This document shows positions 17,291 to 26,861 of a DNA stretch of 46,623 nt, piece after piece (position 1 is the first letter of the stretch; each line of letters begins with the position of its first letter). The position numbers and the translations under genes are program-made. The stretch comes from Clostridia bacterium (GTDB lineage Bacteria; Bacillota; Clostridia; Oscillospirales; CAG-272). The notes under the pieces were generated by a model. That model did no database searches and was not told the origin of the DNA. It saw nothing but the letters and a program-made list of their open reading frames with translations. The DNA is taken from contig JAFVTO010000153.1 in assembly GCA_017503165.1 (NCBI GenBank), forward strand, positions 1 through 46,623. Direction: 5' to 3'.

Positions 17291-18097
17291 ATGAGGAAAA
17301 TGGAAAGAGAATATATCAAGCTGTGGGATAACGGAACTCCCTACTACGATCCGGATTTCGGTCAGCCCGAAACCACTGTTACTCCCTATCTCGCCGAGGG
17401 TGAGGGTAAGCGCGGATGCGTTATAGTTTTTCCCGGCGGGGGCTATGCGATGAGGGCTGAGCACGAGGGCGAGCCTATCGCAAAAATGCTGAATGAGATC
17501 GGAGTTCACGCCTTCGTGCTTAATTACCGTGTCGCGCCATATAAGCATCCGGCTGAGCTGGAGGATGCTCTTCGCGCCATTCGTTGGGTGAGATACCACG
17601 CGGAGAAATATAACATAGATCCCGATAAGATCGGTATTTTGGGATTTTCTGCCGGCGGCCATCTGGCGGTCAGCGCCTCTACACACTTTGATTACGGCAG
17701 GCCGGGAGGAGATGCTATCGACGCTATGTCCTCAAAGCCCAACGCCGCGATATATTGCTATGCGGTTTGCACCCTGGAGCGTCCGTACACACATATCGGC
17801 TCAAGAAACAATCTGCTTGGAGAAAATGCATCCCCCGAGCTGGTAAAGCAGATGTCCGGACCGGATGCAGTCCGCGAGGATATGCCACCGGTTTTCATCT
17901 GGCATACCTTTGAGGATACCTGTGTTCCGGTTCAGAATTCCGTGCTTATGGCAATGGCGCTGAGGGAAAAGAGCATTCCGGTGGAAATGCACATCGTCCC
18001 CCACGGCTCTCACGGTCTTGGTCTTGCTCCCGCTCTTCCTCACGTCGCACAGTGGGCGCCGCTGCTTCAGACCTGGCTGAAATACAACAATTTCTGA
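17291..18097 (+). CDS. Alpha/beta hydrolase (esterase/lipase, Aes-like)
   Basis: HGGG-like FPGGGY, nucleophile elbow GFSAGGH and C-terminal HGSHG. An alternative start is ATG 17300. Confidence 0.8.
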   Translation: MRKMEREYIKLWDNGTPYYDPDFGQPETTVTPYLAEGEGKRGCVIVFPGGGYAMRAEHEGEPIAKMLNEIGVHAFVLNYRVAPYKHPAELEDALRAIRWVRYHAEKYNIDPDKIGILGFSAGGHLAVSASTHFDYGRPGGDAIDAMSSKPNAAIYCYAVCTLERPYTHIGSRNNLLGENASPELVKQMSGPDAVREDMPPVFIWHTFEDTCVPVQNSVLMAMALREKSIPVEMHIVPHGSHGLGLAPALPHVAQWAPLLQTWLKYNNF

Positions 18098-18118
18098 GGA
18101 AATACACTCATAATATAT

Positions 18119-18150
18119 GGGCTGAGATCACATCCGACTCAGCCCTTTTT
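18119..18150 (+). terminator. Rho-independent terminator after the esterase gene
   Basis: GGGCTGAG / CTCAGCCC stem, 11-nt loop, TTTTT. Confidence 0.7.
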
Positions 18151-18303
18151 ATGCTCCACCAAACGTTTCACATCGGCTTACTGCCGATTGTTCCCGACGC
18201 ATCGCAGCTCTGATACCGAGCTTATCACGACCTTGATCCGGAGCTGGACGGTACTTAGTTGTATCTTTATTTTAACCTTTATTTTAACCTTAAACATGCG
18301 TGT

Positions 18304-18332
18304 TGACAAACGAAAAAAAATGTGATAAAATT
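18304..18332 (+). promoter_or_regulatory. Sigma-70-type promoter of the sbcD/sbcC-like operon
   Basis: TTGACA, 17-nt spacer, TAAAAT. Confidence 0.6.
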
Positions 18333-18382
18333 CTATTAAAGTAGCAATACTGAGATATAGCGAAGAAGGGGGACGGCCACAG

Positions 18383-19420
18383 ATGAGGATCATTCACTGC
18401 GCAGACATACATCTGGGCGCAAAGATAGATTCCTTTCCCAGAGAAATATCGGAAAAAAGAAAGCAGGAGGTCAGAAGCAGCTTTCTGAGAATGACAGAAT
18501 ACGCAAGGGATAATGCTATAAGAGTCATCATACTTGCGGGGGACGTGTTTGACCGCGCCAGACCGCTGAGCAAGGACACTGAGTTTTTTGCCGGTGTGGT
18601 AGAGAGCAATCCGGATATTGATTTTCTGTATCTGCGAGGAAATCACGATACCGAGGGTAAGGCGCTGTCCTACCCCAATCTTAAATGCTTTTCCGATCAG
18701 TGGGTCTGCTACGAATACGAAAACACGGCAATTCAGGGAATAGAGCTGAACGAGGGAAACAGTCTTTCCATGTATTCGTCGTTTGCCGCCATACCCGGAA
18801 AAAAGAATATAGCAGTACTTCACGGTCAGATCGGCGCTGAAATAAACCTTACCAAGCTTCGAGATAAGGGAATAGATTATCTGGCGCTTGGACACATACA
18901 CGAATATTCCTGCGGAAGCCTGGATCTCCGCGGCGTATACGCCTATAGCGGCTGTCTTGAGGGCAGGGGCTTTGACGAATGCGGTGACAAAGGCTTTATT
19001 GTAATTGATACCGCCGAGGGATTAAGCCACAGATTCATTCCTTTTTCCCAACACAGGATAGAGAAGCTGATGATCGACGTTTCCGGACTGCGAGAGGGCG
19101 CCGCCATGGCAAGAGCCGTTACCGACACACACAAGCTTGACCGTGACGGCATATATCGCGTCGACCCGCTGGGCGAGGTGGACATTGATACGGACAGCTT
19201 TGCATCTGACGTGGAAGGATATCTTGCTGACCGTTGCGGATATATCAGCGTAAAGGACAGGACACGGCGCCGTATAGATCACAGCGCATTTGAAAGCGAC
19301 TGCTCCATAAGGGGGGAATTCGTTCGCGCGGTCATGGCATCCGAGCATACTGAGGATGAAAAGGCTCGGATCATAGCATACGGATTAAAGGCGCTCGCCG
19401 GCAGGGAGGTGGACCAATGA
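18383..19420 (+). CDS. SbcD/Mre11-like metallophosphoesterase (YhaO-type DNA repair exonuclease)
   Basis: MRIIHCADIHLG, GDVFD, GNHD and GHIH motifs. Confidence 0.8.
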   Translation: MRIIHCADIHLGAKIDSFPREISEKRKQEVRSSFLRMTEYARDNAIRVIILAGDVFDRARPLSKDTEFFAGVVESNPDIDFLYLRGNHDTEGKALSYPNLKCFSDQWVCYEYENTAIQGIELNEGNSLSMYSSFAAIPGKKNIAVLHGQIGAEINLTKLRDKGIDYLALGHIHEYSCGSLDLRGVYAYSGCLEGRGFDECGDKGFIVIDTAEGLSHRFIPFSQHRIEKLMIDVSGLREGAAMARAVTDTHKLDRDGIYRVDPLGEVDIDTDSFASDVEGYLADRCGYISVKDRTRRRIDHSAFESDCSIRGEFVRAVMASEHTEDEKARIIAYGLKALAGREVDQ

Positions 19421-22008
19421 AGCTTATATCCTGTTATATTGAGGGATACGGCTGTATCAAGGAAAAAGAGTACGCCTTCTGTGACGGCATTTCTGCTTTT
19501 TTTGAGGAAAACGGATCGGGAAAAACCACTCTCGCCTCATTTATAAAGGCAATGTTTTTCGGTCTGAAGGGATATAAGGAAAACAGCTCGGAGTTTTGCG
19601 AAAGAAAGCGATATTTCCCCTTTGACAGCGGTAAATTCGGGGGAAATCTGACATTTGAGCAGAAGGGTAGGCTTTACCGTATAGAGCGTTTTTTCGATGT
19701 AAAAAACGAAAAGAAGGATACCCTGCGGGTGTATTGCGGGGGCGAGCCCACTGATGAGCTGGGCTCAGATATCGGAAGGGCGGTATTCGGAGTGGATGAG
19801 GAGTCCTTCCGCCGCACCCTGTTCTGCGGAAGTGAGGAGCCGGATATGCGCTCCACCGCAAGCATAAACATGAAGATGAATATGCTTCTTTACGGAGGCT
19901 CGGAGGGTGACGGCCCGGAAAAGGCGCTTGCCGCCCTGGAGAAAGCGAGAAAAATCTACCGTCCGGACAGATTGGGAAAAAACGCCGCAGGGCTTATTCC
20001 CGACTGGCAGAAAAGAGCGGATGCTCTGAGAAACAGATTTGAAAATCTGTCAGTTATTCAAAAGGAGCTGGAGAAAAGGTACAGCATCTACGACGGTATG
20101 CGCAGAGAGCTGGGCGAGCTCAACGAAAGGCTTGCGGCCGCCCATAAACAGAGCGAGCTTGCGGCTCATGCAGAGGCGTACAGGCGTATGCTGGGGGAGC
20201 TTTCTGCTCTTGAGGCAGAGGCGGAGGCGTTGCTGAAAAAATACCCCTTGGGTGTTCCTGCCAGGGATGAGGTAGAGGACATAAAGCAAGGGTTAGACGC
20301 GGTAAAAGCCCTGAAAATAAAATTGGAGGGTGTGGGATTTCCGCAACAGAGCGCGACAAGGCTGGCGGAGCTTGAGCGGTCCTTTGAGGAAAGCGGCGTG
20401 CCTGAGGAGCAGACCTTGGATGAGATGAGAGCGCGCATTGACGCACTCGCAGCTCTTAAGGGCAGAGCTCAGGCAGAGGAGCTTGGGCAGCTGACTGAAA
20501 GCCAGGCGAGGATAAAGGAAAAATTCGGAATTTCCCGTCCGTCCGACGGGGAGCTGGAGGAAAAAAGAGCCGCGCTTAAGGGATACGGAGAGCTGAAAAG
20601 GAGCTACGACAGTCTTCCTGACAAGACGGTGATCCCGTCCCGTACAGAGCCAACGGTGCTTTCCAAGGGCAAATATATCGGATTTGCGGCGGTTGCCGCG
20701 GCAATTGCCCTGATTGGGGCGGCGCTGATCTTTTTCAATGTGATCGGCATCGGAGTTGCCCTTATCTGCATCGGAGCGGCGGCGTTGCTTACCGACGCCT
20801 TTGTATATCTGAACAGGAAAATGACCTTGAACGGCGCGGCAATTGCCACGGTTACGGTAGATAATCCCGAAAAGCGGGAGCTTGGAAACGCCCTGGGTGT
20901 AATGAGTGAGCCGATAAAACGCTTTCTTGAAGGCTGGGGTTATTTTTCGGACAAGGGAATGGAATTTGATTTCGACACGCTTTGCGCCGATCTTGAAAGA
21001 TACAGAGAGACGGTTGCCGCAGAGGAGAGTCTGCGGGAAAGAAGACAGGAGTTGGAGCGAGAGATCGGCAGTGGCGAGCAGGCGCTGAACGGCTTCTTTG
21101 CGCTTTACGGGCTTTCGGGAGCGGATTACGGCAAGGCACTTGATACATTAAAGCTTTGGACAGAGGAGCTTAAGGCACTCCGCGCCCAAAGGACGGAAAG
21201 TGAAAAAAGGGAAGCAGATCTTTCCGCCCGGATAAGGGAGCGGGAGGAGCAACTCGGTGCTTGGGCGACAAAATACGGCTTTGGATACGGCTTTAGCGAA
21301 GCAGATGCGGACGGAGTGCTTTCCGATATTGCGCGGCTTGTCCGACTTTATAACGAAATAGACGGGAAAAATCGGAGCGCCGAGAGATTCAGAGCGGAAA
21401 AGGGCATTGATCCCAAGCTGAGCTATACAAAGGCAGATACGGATGCGCTGACCGAGGAGCTGGCGCAAAAGCAGGAGGCATATCTTGGATTGGGACGGCA
21501 GATCAACGCGGATGAGGCAGAGCTTGAGGATATTGAGGGCTGCGCTTCGTCACTGCGGGAGGCAGAGGAGCGACTGGCGGAATACGGGCAGAGATACGAG
21601 CTGCTTAAAGAGGCGCACCGCTTTCTGGAGCTTGCCGATCAGAGCATGAAGGACCGCTACGTGCGCCCTGTTCTGGAGGAATTCAAAAAATATCCGGATG
21701 CTCTCGATGCGGCAATTGGCGCAAGAGTGGATTTCACCAAGGAGCTGGAGCCGATGTTTGAGCGCAAAGGCGAGCTCAGGAGCGAAAAGCATCTGAGCTC
21801 GGGGCAGAGAGCCCTTTGTGCGCTGTGCTTCAGACTGGCGCTTATAGGAAATATGTATAAGGACGAGCGCCCGTTTATCGTTATGGACGATCCCTTCGTG
21901 TCTCTTGACCGGGTTAACACACAGAGGGCAATGGATATATTGCGCTCCGTTTCAGGCGAAATGCAGATACTGTATTTTACCTGCCATGAGAGCAGGATGC
22001 CGAGTTAA
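19417..22008 (+). CDS. SbcC/Rad50-like AAA ATPase (YhaN-type) with a central pair of TM helices
   Basis: Walker A ENGSGKTT, long coiled-coil segments, signature LSSGQRAL and Walker B FIVMDDPFVSLD. The ATGA overlap with the upstream gene indicates translational coupling. Confidence 0.75.
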   Translation: MKLISCYIEGYGCIKEKEYAFCDGISAFFEENGSGKTTLASFIKAMFFGLKGYKENSSEFCERKRYFPFDSGKFGGNLTFEQKGRLYRIERFFDVKNEKKDTLRVYCGGEPTDELGSDIGRAVFGVDEESFRRTLFCGSEEPDMRSTASINMKMNMLLYGGSEGDGPEKALAALEKARKIYRPDRLGKNAAGLIPDWQKRADALRNRFENLSVIQKELEKRYSIYDGMRRELGELNERLAAAHKQSELAAHAEAYRRMLGELSALEAEAEALLKKYPLGVPARDEVEDIKQGLDAVKALKIKLEGVGFPQQSATRLAELERSFEESGVPEEQTLDEMRARIDALAALKGRAQAEELGQLTESQARIKEKFGISRPSDGELEEKRAALKGYGELKRSYDSLPDKTVIPSRTEPTVLSKGKYIGFAAVAAAIALIGAALIFFNVIGIGVALICIGAAALLTDAFVYLNRKMTLNGAAIATVTVDNPEKRELGNALGVMSEPIKRFLEGWGYFSDKGMEFDFDTLCADLERYRETVAAEESLRERRQELEREIGSGEQALNGFFALYGLSGADYGKALDTLKLWTEELKALRAQRTESEKREADLSARIREREEQLGAWATKYGFGYGFSEADADGVLSDIARLVRLYNEIDGKNRSAERFRAEKGIDPKLSYTKADTDALTEELAQKQEAYLGLGRQINADEAELEDIEGCASSLREAEERLAEYGQRYELLKEAHRFLELADQSMKDRYVRPVLEEFKKYPDALDAAIGARVDFTKELEPMFERKGELRSEKHLSSGQRALCALCFRLALIGNMYKDERPFIVMDDPFVSLDRVNTQRAMDILRSVSGEMQILYFTCHESRMPS

Positions 22009-22046
22009 AGGTCGGTGGAATGATATATTTTTATGCGTAAAGACTA

Positions 22047-22075
22047 TTGCAATTTATAATAAATACTGCTATAAT
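22047..22075 (+). promoter_or_regulatory. Sigma-70-type promoter
   Basis: TTGCAA, 17-nt spacer, TATAAT. Confidence 0.6.
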
Positions 22076-22124
22076 AATTGTATTGGGCGTTTCTCGGGAA
22101 CGGTAAGAAGAATGGGGGAGTGCT

Positions 22125-23084
22125 ATGGAGAACATTTCGCGCAATTTACTCAGCCTGCGTCTACGCGGTATTTCTCTGTCAGAGCGCAGGCTGGCTCATA
22201 TTGACGATGCAGCCTACGTTCTTGCCCGTCGGTTCAGTGATGATATAAACGGCGAGTACGATGCCTTTCGTGCCGAATACAAAAGGCTTGTTTCTCAGAT
22301 TATGCCCGCAAGCCAAGAGCTTCCCTGCGATGTGCCGGAGGAGAACCGCGAGAGGGTGTTTATCGGCGCGGCAGAAGAAGCAGTGAACGTCGGGATATTT
22401 CTTTGCTCGTCAATATGTGAGCAGAGAAGGCGAATGGGGGCATTGCCGGAGCTGAGCAGCTTCTTTCCCCTCACGGGAGAAACGGAGGACAATGCCCGGA
22501 TAGCATATCTGAGAAATCCGTTTTCTGATACCGCGTACCGGGTTTTTTCCGAGGCGATCTTAAATGCCTCGGTCAGCTATCCCCGTGATTTCAACAGTGT
22601 ATGCGAGGAGGTATATTACGGTCGGTGCAAATACTGCATACTTCCCATCGAAACCTCGGACGAGGGTGGGCTGAGCGGCTTTCGCAGACTGATCACAAAA
22701 TACGAGCTCTGTCCGGTGCTGAGCTGCTCCGTAAGCTCGGGAGGCGGCTCGCAGACTACCCGTTTTGCGCTGTTTTCAAAAAACATAGAGCGACTGGAGC
22801 TTAGCGACCGTAAGGGCGTGACCAAGGAAAGAGAGATTTTTTCTTTCCGTCTTAACGCGCCTACCGAGGACAGCCTTGTCAAGACAGTCAAGAGCATGCA
22901 CATTTACGGAATGCGCCTTTTGAAGGTGGACAGCATTCCGGTTTCCTGGGATGAGGGACATTACTCCTTTGAGTTCTCCGCCGAATGTGATAGCGGAGAC
23001 ATCCACGCCATGCTCCTGTATCTCGCTTTGGAAATACCGGAATACACTCCCATCGGGCTGTATTCTCAGATAAAGGTGGTATAG
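22125..23084 (+). CDS. Divergent prephenate-dehydratase-like (PDT+ACT) protein with an N-terminal extension
   Basis: RIAYLRNPFSDTAY...YCILPIETSDEGGL...TTRFALF resembles PDT motifs (PiENS, TRF). The C-terminal ~80 aa is ACT-like. Many canonical residues are replaced. Confidence 0.5.
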   Translation: MENISRNLLSLRLRGISLSERRLAHIDDAAYVLARRFSDDINGEYDAFRAEYKRLVSQIMPASQELPCDVPEENRERVFIGAAEEAVNVGIFLCSSICEQRRRMGALPELSSFFPLTGETEDNARIAYLRNPFSDTAYRVFSEAILNASVSYPRDFNSVCEEVYYGRCKYCILPIETSDEGGLSGFRRLITKYELCPVLSCSVSSGGGSQTTRFALFSKNIERLELSDRKGVTKEREIFSFRLNAPTEDSLVKTVKSMHIYGMRLLKVDSIPVSWDEGHYSFEFSAECDSGDIHAMLLYLALEIPEYTPIGLYSQIKVV

Positions 23085-23122
23085 GCGACGCCAAGATACG
23101 GCAGGAAAGGATTGCGCTGCAG

Positions 23123-23989
23123 GTGCAAGTCATGGAAAATAATAATGGATATACCCCAACTTCCCCATTGGAAAGAGGGGGGGCTTGGGATCAATTTGAA
23201 TATGAGGCTTTGGAGGACGGAACGTATAGGATACTGTCCTTTAAAAGTAAGAGCTTTGATGGCAGGACAGTGATACCCCACGGCGTATCCGTCATAGGCG
23301 AAAGGGCGTTTTACGGCTGTGATATAAGAGAGGCGATCATTCCCGACGGAGTAAGAGCCATTGAGGAAAGAGCGTTTTGGGGCTGCCTTAATCTTACCGT
23401 CGCGGACATTCCGGATTCTGTGACATTTATAGGTGAGGGAGCATTTGCGGTCTGCTGTTGTCTTGACAGAGTGAGGATTCCCCCCGGAGTCAAGCATATA
23501 GGGGACTGCGCCTTTTTCCAGTGCGATTATCTTACCTCCGTTACTGTCTGCGAGGGAGTTGAGAGCATTGGCGACCAAGCCTTCACGGAATGCTATACTA
23601 TGGAGGAGCTTAATTTACCCGAAAGCCTGAGGCACATCGGAGATTCGGCGTTTTGCGGCTGCTATTCCGTGAGGAGTCTGGTTCTGCCTCGCGGATTGCA
23701 GACCGTGGGAAGCTTTGCCTTTGACGGCTGCGACGAATTTACCGAGCTTATCCTTCCGTCCGGAGTCACGGATATAGGAGATAACGCCTTCGGCGCCTGC
23801 AGTGCGCTCATAACGGCGAGCATTCCCGAGAGCGCGGTAAATATGGGTGGATACGTATTTACCGACTGTGAGGCTCTGCGGGAGATCCGCTGTGAGGCGG
23901 CAAAAAAGCCCGAAGGCTGGGACGAAAAATGGAACAGCGGCTGCGATGCCGCGGTGCGTTGGGCCTACGGGCGCAAAGCGAAAGGATAA
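23123..23989 (+). CDS. BspA-type leucine-rich repeat (LRR_5) protein
   Basis: Repeated ~23-aa units IP(D/E)xVxxIG(D/E)xAFxxCxxL. No signal peptide is evident. Confidence 0.75.
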   Translation: MQVMENNNGYTPTSPLERGGAWDQFEYEALEDGTYRILSFKSKSFDGRTVIPHGVSVIGERAFYGCDIREAIIPDGVRAIEERAFWGCLNLTVADIPDSVTFIGEGAFAVCCCLDRVRIPPGVKHIGDCAFFQCDYLTSVTVCEGVESIGDQAFTECYTMEELNLPESLRHIGDSAFCGCYSVRSLVLPRGLQTVGSFAFDGCDEFTELILPSGVTDIGDNAFGACSALITASIPESAVNMGGYVFTDCEALREIRCEAAKKPEGWDEKWNSGCDAAVRWAYGRKAKG

Positions 23990-24009
23990 CGGGGGTGGGA
24001 AAGAGCATT

Positions 24010-26694
24010 ATGAAAAACGTACTTCTCGTTGACGGAAACAGCATATTGAACCGAGCATTTTACGGGGTGCGTCCGCTGACCACCGGTAAGGGATTGCCGG
24101 TAAACGCCCTGTACGGAATGCTGAATATGCTGCAAAAGCAACTGGAGGCAGTCCGTCCGGATTACGCCGCAGTGGCGTTCGATGTGTCAAGGCATACCTT
24201 CAGACACCGGCGGTTTGAGCAGTATAAGGCAGGCAGAAAGCCAATGCCGGAGGAGCTTGCCGCTCAGCTTTCTCCCGCCAAGGAGCTTGTCCGCGCGCTG
24301 GGCTTCCACGTGCTTGAAAAGCAGGATTACGAGGCGGATGACCTTTTGGGCACCTTTTCCCGAAAAGCGGTGGAAAACGGCTATCACGCATATATCTTTA
24401 CCGGGGACAGGGATTCACTGCAGCTTATAGACGACAGTACCTCCGTGATCCTTGCCACAAACAAGGAAAACGTTAATTACGACCGCGCCGCATTTACGGT
24501 AAATTACGGGATTCCCCCGGAGCAGTATGTTTACGTCAAGGCGCTGATGGGGGATTCATCGGATAACATTCCGGGAGTACCGGGAATAGGTGAAAGGACC
24601 GCGCTGAAGCTGATAGCTCAATTTGGCTCCCTCGACGCCCTTTACGCCGATATTCCGTCAGCTGAGGCGGGAGCCTCGGCAAAGGCTAAGCTGGAGGCGG
24701 GTAAGGAAAGCGCATACACCTCTCTCTGGCTTGCTACCATTGACAGGAACGTTCCGACGGATACCGATATAGAGGATATAGCGTACTCCGGATGGAACAG
24801 AAGAGAATTATACAGACTTCTGACCGAATTTGAATTCGTCAGTAACCTGAAAAGATTCGGGCTTTCCTCAGAGGAGTTTGCCTCGGAGGGTAACGGCAAT
24901 ACCGCTACCGACGGCGGAGACGGGGCAGTGACCCCGTCAAGGGACGGTGGCGGTGCGGAGAGCGAGGGCGGCGCTTCAGTCGGTGACGGCGGTGTTTCAC
25001 TTGGTAACGGCGGCGCTGATGACAGTGGCAGACGGAGGTCTGAGGTAATAGCCGAGACGGTGGAAGCCTGCTCGGTCTCAGAATCCGGGATAACGGACGG
25101 AGCGGACGTGGCTATGTATATCGACGGCTGCTCGGCATATCTTTTTGAGGGAGCGAGGCTATGCAGGCTGAGCTATCCCGATGTCCGCAGGCTTTACCGT
25201 GATATAAGCGGACACGGTCTGCGACTTACGGTATGGGACAGCAAGACTCTGCTTTCGGAAATCGCGCTGAACGGTGGAGATCCACTCGGAGTCTGCATAC
25301 GCGACGATATTATGCTTGGCGGATACGTCCTCAACCCCTCGTCCCACGCCTACGACCTTCCGTCTCTGTGTACGGTATATCTTGCCGAGAGCATCGCTTC
25401 CGAGCCTGCCCTCGTGTCGGTACAGGTATCAAGGATAGCCCGTGAGATGAAGGACCGACTTGCGGAAAGCGGTCAGGAATCACTTTACCGTGACGTGGAG
25501 ATACCCCTTGCCGCAGTGCTTTCCGACATGGAAAGAGAGGGCTTCCGCGTGGATACGGCGGGGCTTACGGAGTTCGGGAACGCTCTTTCTCTGCTTGCCG
25601 AGGAATACACACAGCGCATATATATGGCGGCAGGTCATGAATTCAATATAAATTCTCCCAAGCAGCTTGGAGAGGTGCTTTTCGGAGAGCTTAAGCTGCC
25701 TCACGGCAAAAAGACGCAGACCGGATATTCCACAAGCGCGGATATTCTGGAAAAGCTACGCGCCGATCATCCTATTGTGGACGATATTCTGGAATACCGT
25801 TCGGTGACCAAGCTCCGCTCCACATATGCGGTAGGGCTTTGCGAGGCGGCAGACGTCCACGGAAGAGTCCACAGCAGCTTCAATCAGACAGTCACGGTCA
25901 CCGGACGTCTTTCATCCACCGAGCCCAATTTGCAGAATATCCCGATCCGCACTCAGCTCGGTCGGGAGCTGCGCCGCTTCTTTGTTCCGAGCAACGGTGA
26001 CAGAGTGCTGATAGATGCCGACTATTCCCAAATAGAGCTTCGCCTGCTTGCCCATATCGCCGACGACAGGGGAATGATAGACGGCTTTATAAGCGGAGAG
26101 GATATACACAGAATAACCGCTTCGCAGGTGTTCGGCGTTCCCCTGGAAAGAGTTACGCCGGAGCTCAGAAAGCAGGCAAAGGCGGTCAATTTCGGTATAG
26201 TGTACGGCATTGGCGGCTTCTCTCTTGCCGCAGATATAGGAGTCAGCAAAAAGGAAGCGGATCAGTATATAAAAAGCTATTTCGAGAAATATCCGGGCAT
26301 CAGCGCGTATCTTTCCGACGTGGTCGAAAGAGGTAAGCGAGACGGATTTGTCGAAACCATCTTCGGAAGACGGCGCTATATTCCCGAGCTTACCTCTTCT
26401 AAGGCAATGATGCGGGCATTCGGTGAGCGCGTCGCCATGAACAGCCCCATCCAGGGCTCCAGCGCAGATATTATAAAGATGGCAATGGTAGCCGTAAGCC
26501 GCCGCTTGCGGGAGGAGATTCCCGAGGCTAAGCTTATTTTGCAGGTGCATGACGAGCTGATAGTGGAGGCTCCCGCCTGCTGCGCCGAGCGCGCCGCGGA
26601 AATACTGAAGGACGCAATGGAGAACGTAGTCAGCCTGTCGGTGCCGCTGACGGTGGAGCTGTCTGTTGGAAGCTCCTGGTTTGAATGCAAATAG
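24010..26694 (+). CDS. polA: DNA polymerase I
   Basis: 5'-nuclease N-terminus MKNVLLVDGNSILNRAFYG and GDSSDNIPGVPGIGERTA. Pol motif A is DYSQIELRLLAH, motif B is RKQAKAVNFGIVYG and motif C is QVHDEL. The start was moved to ATG 24010. Confidence 0.93.
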   Translation: MKNVLLVDGNSILNRAFYGVRPLTTGKGLPVNALYGMLNMLQKQLEAVRPDYAAVAFDVSRHTFRHRRFEQYKAGRKPMPEELAAQLSPAKELVRALGFHVLEKQDYEADDLLGTFSRKAVENGYHAYIFTGDRDSLQLIDDSTSVILATNKENVNYDRAAFTVNYGIPPEQYVYVKALMGDSSDNIPGVPGIGERTALKLIAQFGSLDALYADIPSAEAGASAKAKLEAGKESAYTSLWLATIDRNVPTDTDIEDIAYSGWNRRELYRLLTEFEFVSNLKRFGLSSEEFASEGNGNTATDGGDGAVTPSRDGGGAESEGGASVGDGGVSLGNGGADDSGRRRSEVIAETVEACSVSESGITDGADVAMYIDGCSAYLFEGARLCRLSYPDVRRLYRDISGHGLRLTVWDSKTLLSEIALNGGDPLGVCIRDDIMLGGYVLNPSSHAYDLPSLCTVYLAESIASEPALVSVQVSRIAREMKDRLAESGQESLYRDVEIPLAAVLSDMEREGFRVDTAGLTEFGNALSLLAEEYTQRIYMAAGHEFNINSPKQLGEVLFGELKLPHGKKTQTGYSTSADILEKLRADHPIVDDILEYRSVTKLRSTYAVGLCEAADVHGRVHSSFNQTVTVTGRLSSTEPNLQNIPIRTQLGRELRRFFVPSNGDRVLIDADYSQIELRLLAHIADDRGMIDGFISGEDIHRITASQVFGVPLERVTPELRKQAKAVNFGIVYGIGGFSLAADIGVSKKEADQYIKSYFEKYPGISAYLSDVVERGKRDGFVETIFGRRRYIPELTSSKAMMRAFGERVAMNSPIQGSSADIIKMAMVAVSRRLREEIPEAKLILQVHDELIVEAPACCAERAAEILKDAMENVVSLSVPLTVELSVGSSWFECK

Positions 26695-26792
26695 CGAAAG
26701 CTCCTGGTTTGAATGCAAATAGCGAAAGCTCCGGGTTTGAATGCAAATAGCGAAAGCTCCGGGTTTGAATGCAAATAGCGAAAGCTCCGGGT
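26671..26792 (+). repeat. 28-bp tandem repeat, 4 full copies plus a partial one, beginning in the last codons of polA
   Basis: Unit AGCTCC(T/G)GGTTTGAATGCAAATAGCGAA starts at 26671, 26699, 26727, 26755 and (partial) 26783. Confidence 0.9.
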
Positions 26793-26861
26793 GTCGCTGT
26801 ACGTCAGCGAGGTCTTATAAGAAAACAAAAAAATAATAAATCTCAAAAGGAGAACTTAAAA

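Noticed and set aside
18265-18292. Short tandem duplications: CTTTATTTTAAC x2 upstream of the sbcD-like promoter, and the similar CTTTCTTTTAC x2-3 at 46339-46378 upstream of the GDSL lipoprotein gene
   Set aside because: These are very short, AT-rich and in opposite orientation relative to their genes. They could be binding sites but cannot be distinguished from slippage noise without comparative data.
26671-26792. CRISPR array
   Set aside because: The 28-bp units are directly abutting with no spacers. The first unit is the end of polA, and there are no cas genes in the window.
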